A DNA stretch of 36,668 nucleotides, from positions 1 through 36,668 of the forward strand of contig JBBRAE010000028.1 in NCBI GenBank assembly GCA_038207085.1, given 5' to 3'. This document shows, piece by piece, positions 35,859-36,668 of this stretch (within the stretch, counting starts at the first letter, position 1; the number at the start of each line of letters is the position of its first letter). A model generated the notes under the pieces. The model worked only from the letters and a program-made list of their open reading frames with translations. It had not been told where the DNA came from and ran no database searches. This DNA comes from Armatimonadota bacterium (GTDB lineage: Bacteria > Armatimonadota > UBA5829 > DTLH01). The position numbers and the translations under genes were made by a program.

Positions 35859-36320
35859 ATGGCAGTCGTTCTTCCTACCGATGTAGAGTTTCAGATCCCC
35901 ACAGATGGCAAGTACGTGCAGTTTGTTCGACACGGAATCAGCCAGCTTGCGTTTGGGGCTGGGTTCGATGGCAACGACTGCAAAGACATCGAGGTCGCCG
36001 TAGGTGAGGCTGTCACCAACGCTGTCTGCCATGGTAGGCCCGCGATCGGTGATGGTCGAGTATACGTCCGCTGTAGGGTGACGCCTTATCGTCTGATCAT
36101 AGAGGTCGAGGACGAGGGAAAGACCTCCGATGTGGAAATCCCCTGCGTGCTCCCCGATCACGACAACGAACACGGCCGCGGCTGGATCTTGATGTATAAC
36201 CTGATGGACCGCACCACCGTCCGATGCACAGGAAACGGCCTGGTCGTAAGGCTGGTCAAACGCCGCCACCACCTGCGGCACTTCGTCCGAATGCCCCGCG
36301 TCGGCATGAACGTCGCCTGA
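35859..36320 (+). CDS. Anti-sigma factor / Ser kinase, RsbW-SpoIIAB family (HATPase_c)
   Basis: DIEVAVGEAVTNAV.HG, IEVEDEG, EHGRG..LM..LMD. Confidence 0.9.
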   Translation: MAVVLPTDVEFQIPTDGKYVQFVRHGISQLAFGAGFDGNDCKDIEVAVGEAVTNAVCHGRPAIGDGRVYVRCRVTPYRLIIEVEDEGKTSDVEIPCVLPDHDNEHGRGWILMYNLMDRTTVRCTGNGLVVRLVKRRHHLRHFVRMPRVGMNVA

Positions 36321-36381
36321 ATCCGATAAACCACCAGCCCACCGGGTATACTCCTCATAACGTGAAGCAAGGAGTCCCGGT

Positions 36382-36523
36382 GTGTTCTCTTATCGCGAAG
36401 TTATGGCCACAGTCGGAACCGCAGTCGACGCCCTCGGGGTTATTGTGATCTTCGTCGGCACGCTCATTGCTACAACTCGAACTGGAGGGTCGCTGGCCCT
36501 GGCAGCCGCCTGTTAACCCATAG
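36382..36523 (+). pseudogene. DUF1622 membrane protein remnant with a large internal deletion
   Basis: AAGGAG RBS and GTG start; VGTAVDALGVIVIFVGTLIAT is joined out of frame to LELEGRWPWQ, the typical DUF1622 C-terminus. Confidence 0.65.
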
Positions 36524-36531
36524 GTTTAGTA

Positions 36532-36668
36532 TTACTTTCCGATCTCGCTCTCAAGCTTTTTCACCGCATCCGCCGTATCCGTATCAAGCTTCAGCTTGCC
36601 GAGCGCTTCGAGCTCTTTGCGCGCATCGTCTTTCTTGCCGGAGCTTACCAGCAGCCGGATGAGCGCCA
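36532..36668 (-). CDS. C-terminus of a TPR-like helical protein (partial, runs in from the right window edge)
   Basis: Open minus frame ALIRLLVSSGKKDDARKELEALGKLKLDTDTADAVKKLESEIGK*. Confidence 0.6.
   Translation of the reverse strand, partial: ALIRLLVSSGKKDDARKELEALGKLKLDTDTADAVKKLESEIGK

Overview
A bacterial chromosomal window of moderately high GC from a probable anaerobe. It carries a [FeFe]-hydrogenase maturase HydF, a glycyl-radical activase, a URO-D-like protein and several glycoside hydrolases. The gene style and a PEP-CTERM-like tail suggest a diderm such as Armatimonadota, which is inference only. From left to right: an RHS/YD-repeat gene cut by a decayed IS66; a TPR-FkbH protein; a GH36-like hydrolase; a CE7 esterase; a stress SDR; an eroding CgeB-type glycosyltransferase cluster; GH101-like and SGNH hydrolases; an orphan glycyl-radical activase; a PEP-CTERM-like gene; nfeD and a stomatin; a GH78 rhamnosidase; a DUF1998 helicase; prfC; a URO-D-like gene; aspA-vapBC-hydF followed by a small ORF plus nucleotidyltransferase pair; TauE; two flavodoxin-like genes; an S1 protein; a secreted protein; and an RsbW-like anti-sigma factor. 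The most interesting signals are non-coding or organisational. (1) A candidate ~80-nt sigma-54-dependent small RNA with an anti-Shine-Dalgarno motif (15609-15715, minus). (2) A 114-bp MITE present twice, one copy interrupting a gene at codon 4. (3) SigB/SigF-like promoters in front of stress genes and the anti-sigma gene. (4) Toxin-antitoxin-like cassettes on both sides of hydF, one overlapping its start codon. (5) Three apparently leaderless genes. All calls come from reading motifs by eye; no searches were run.
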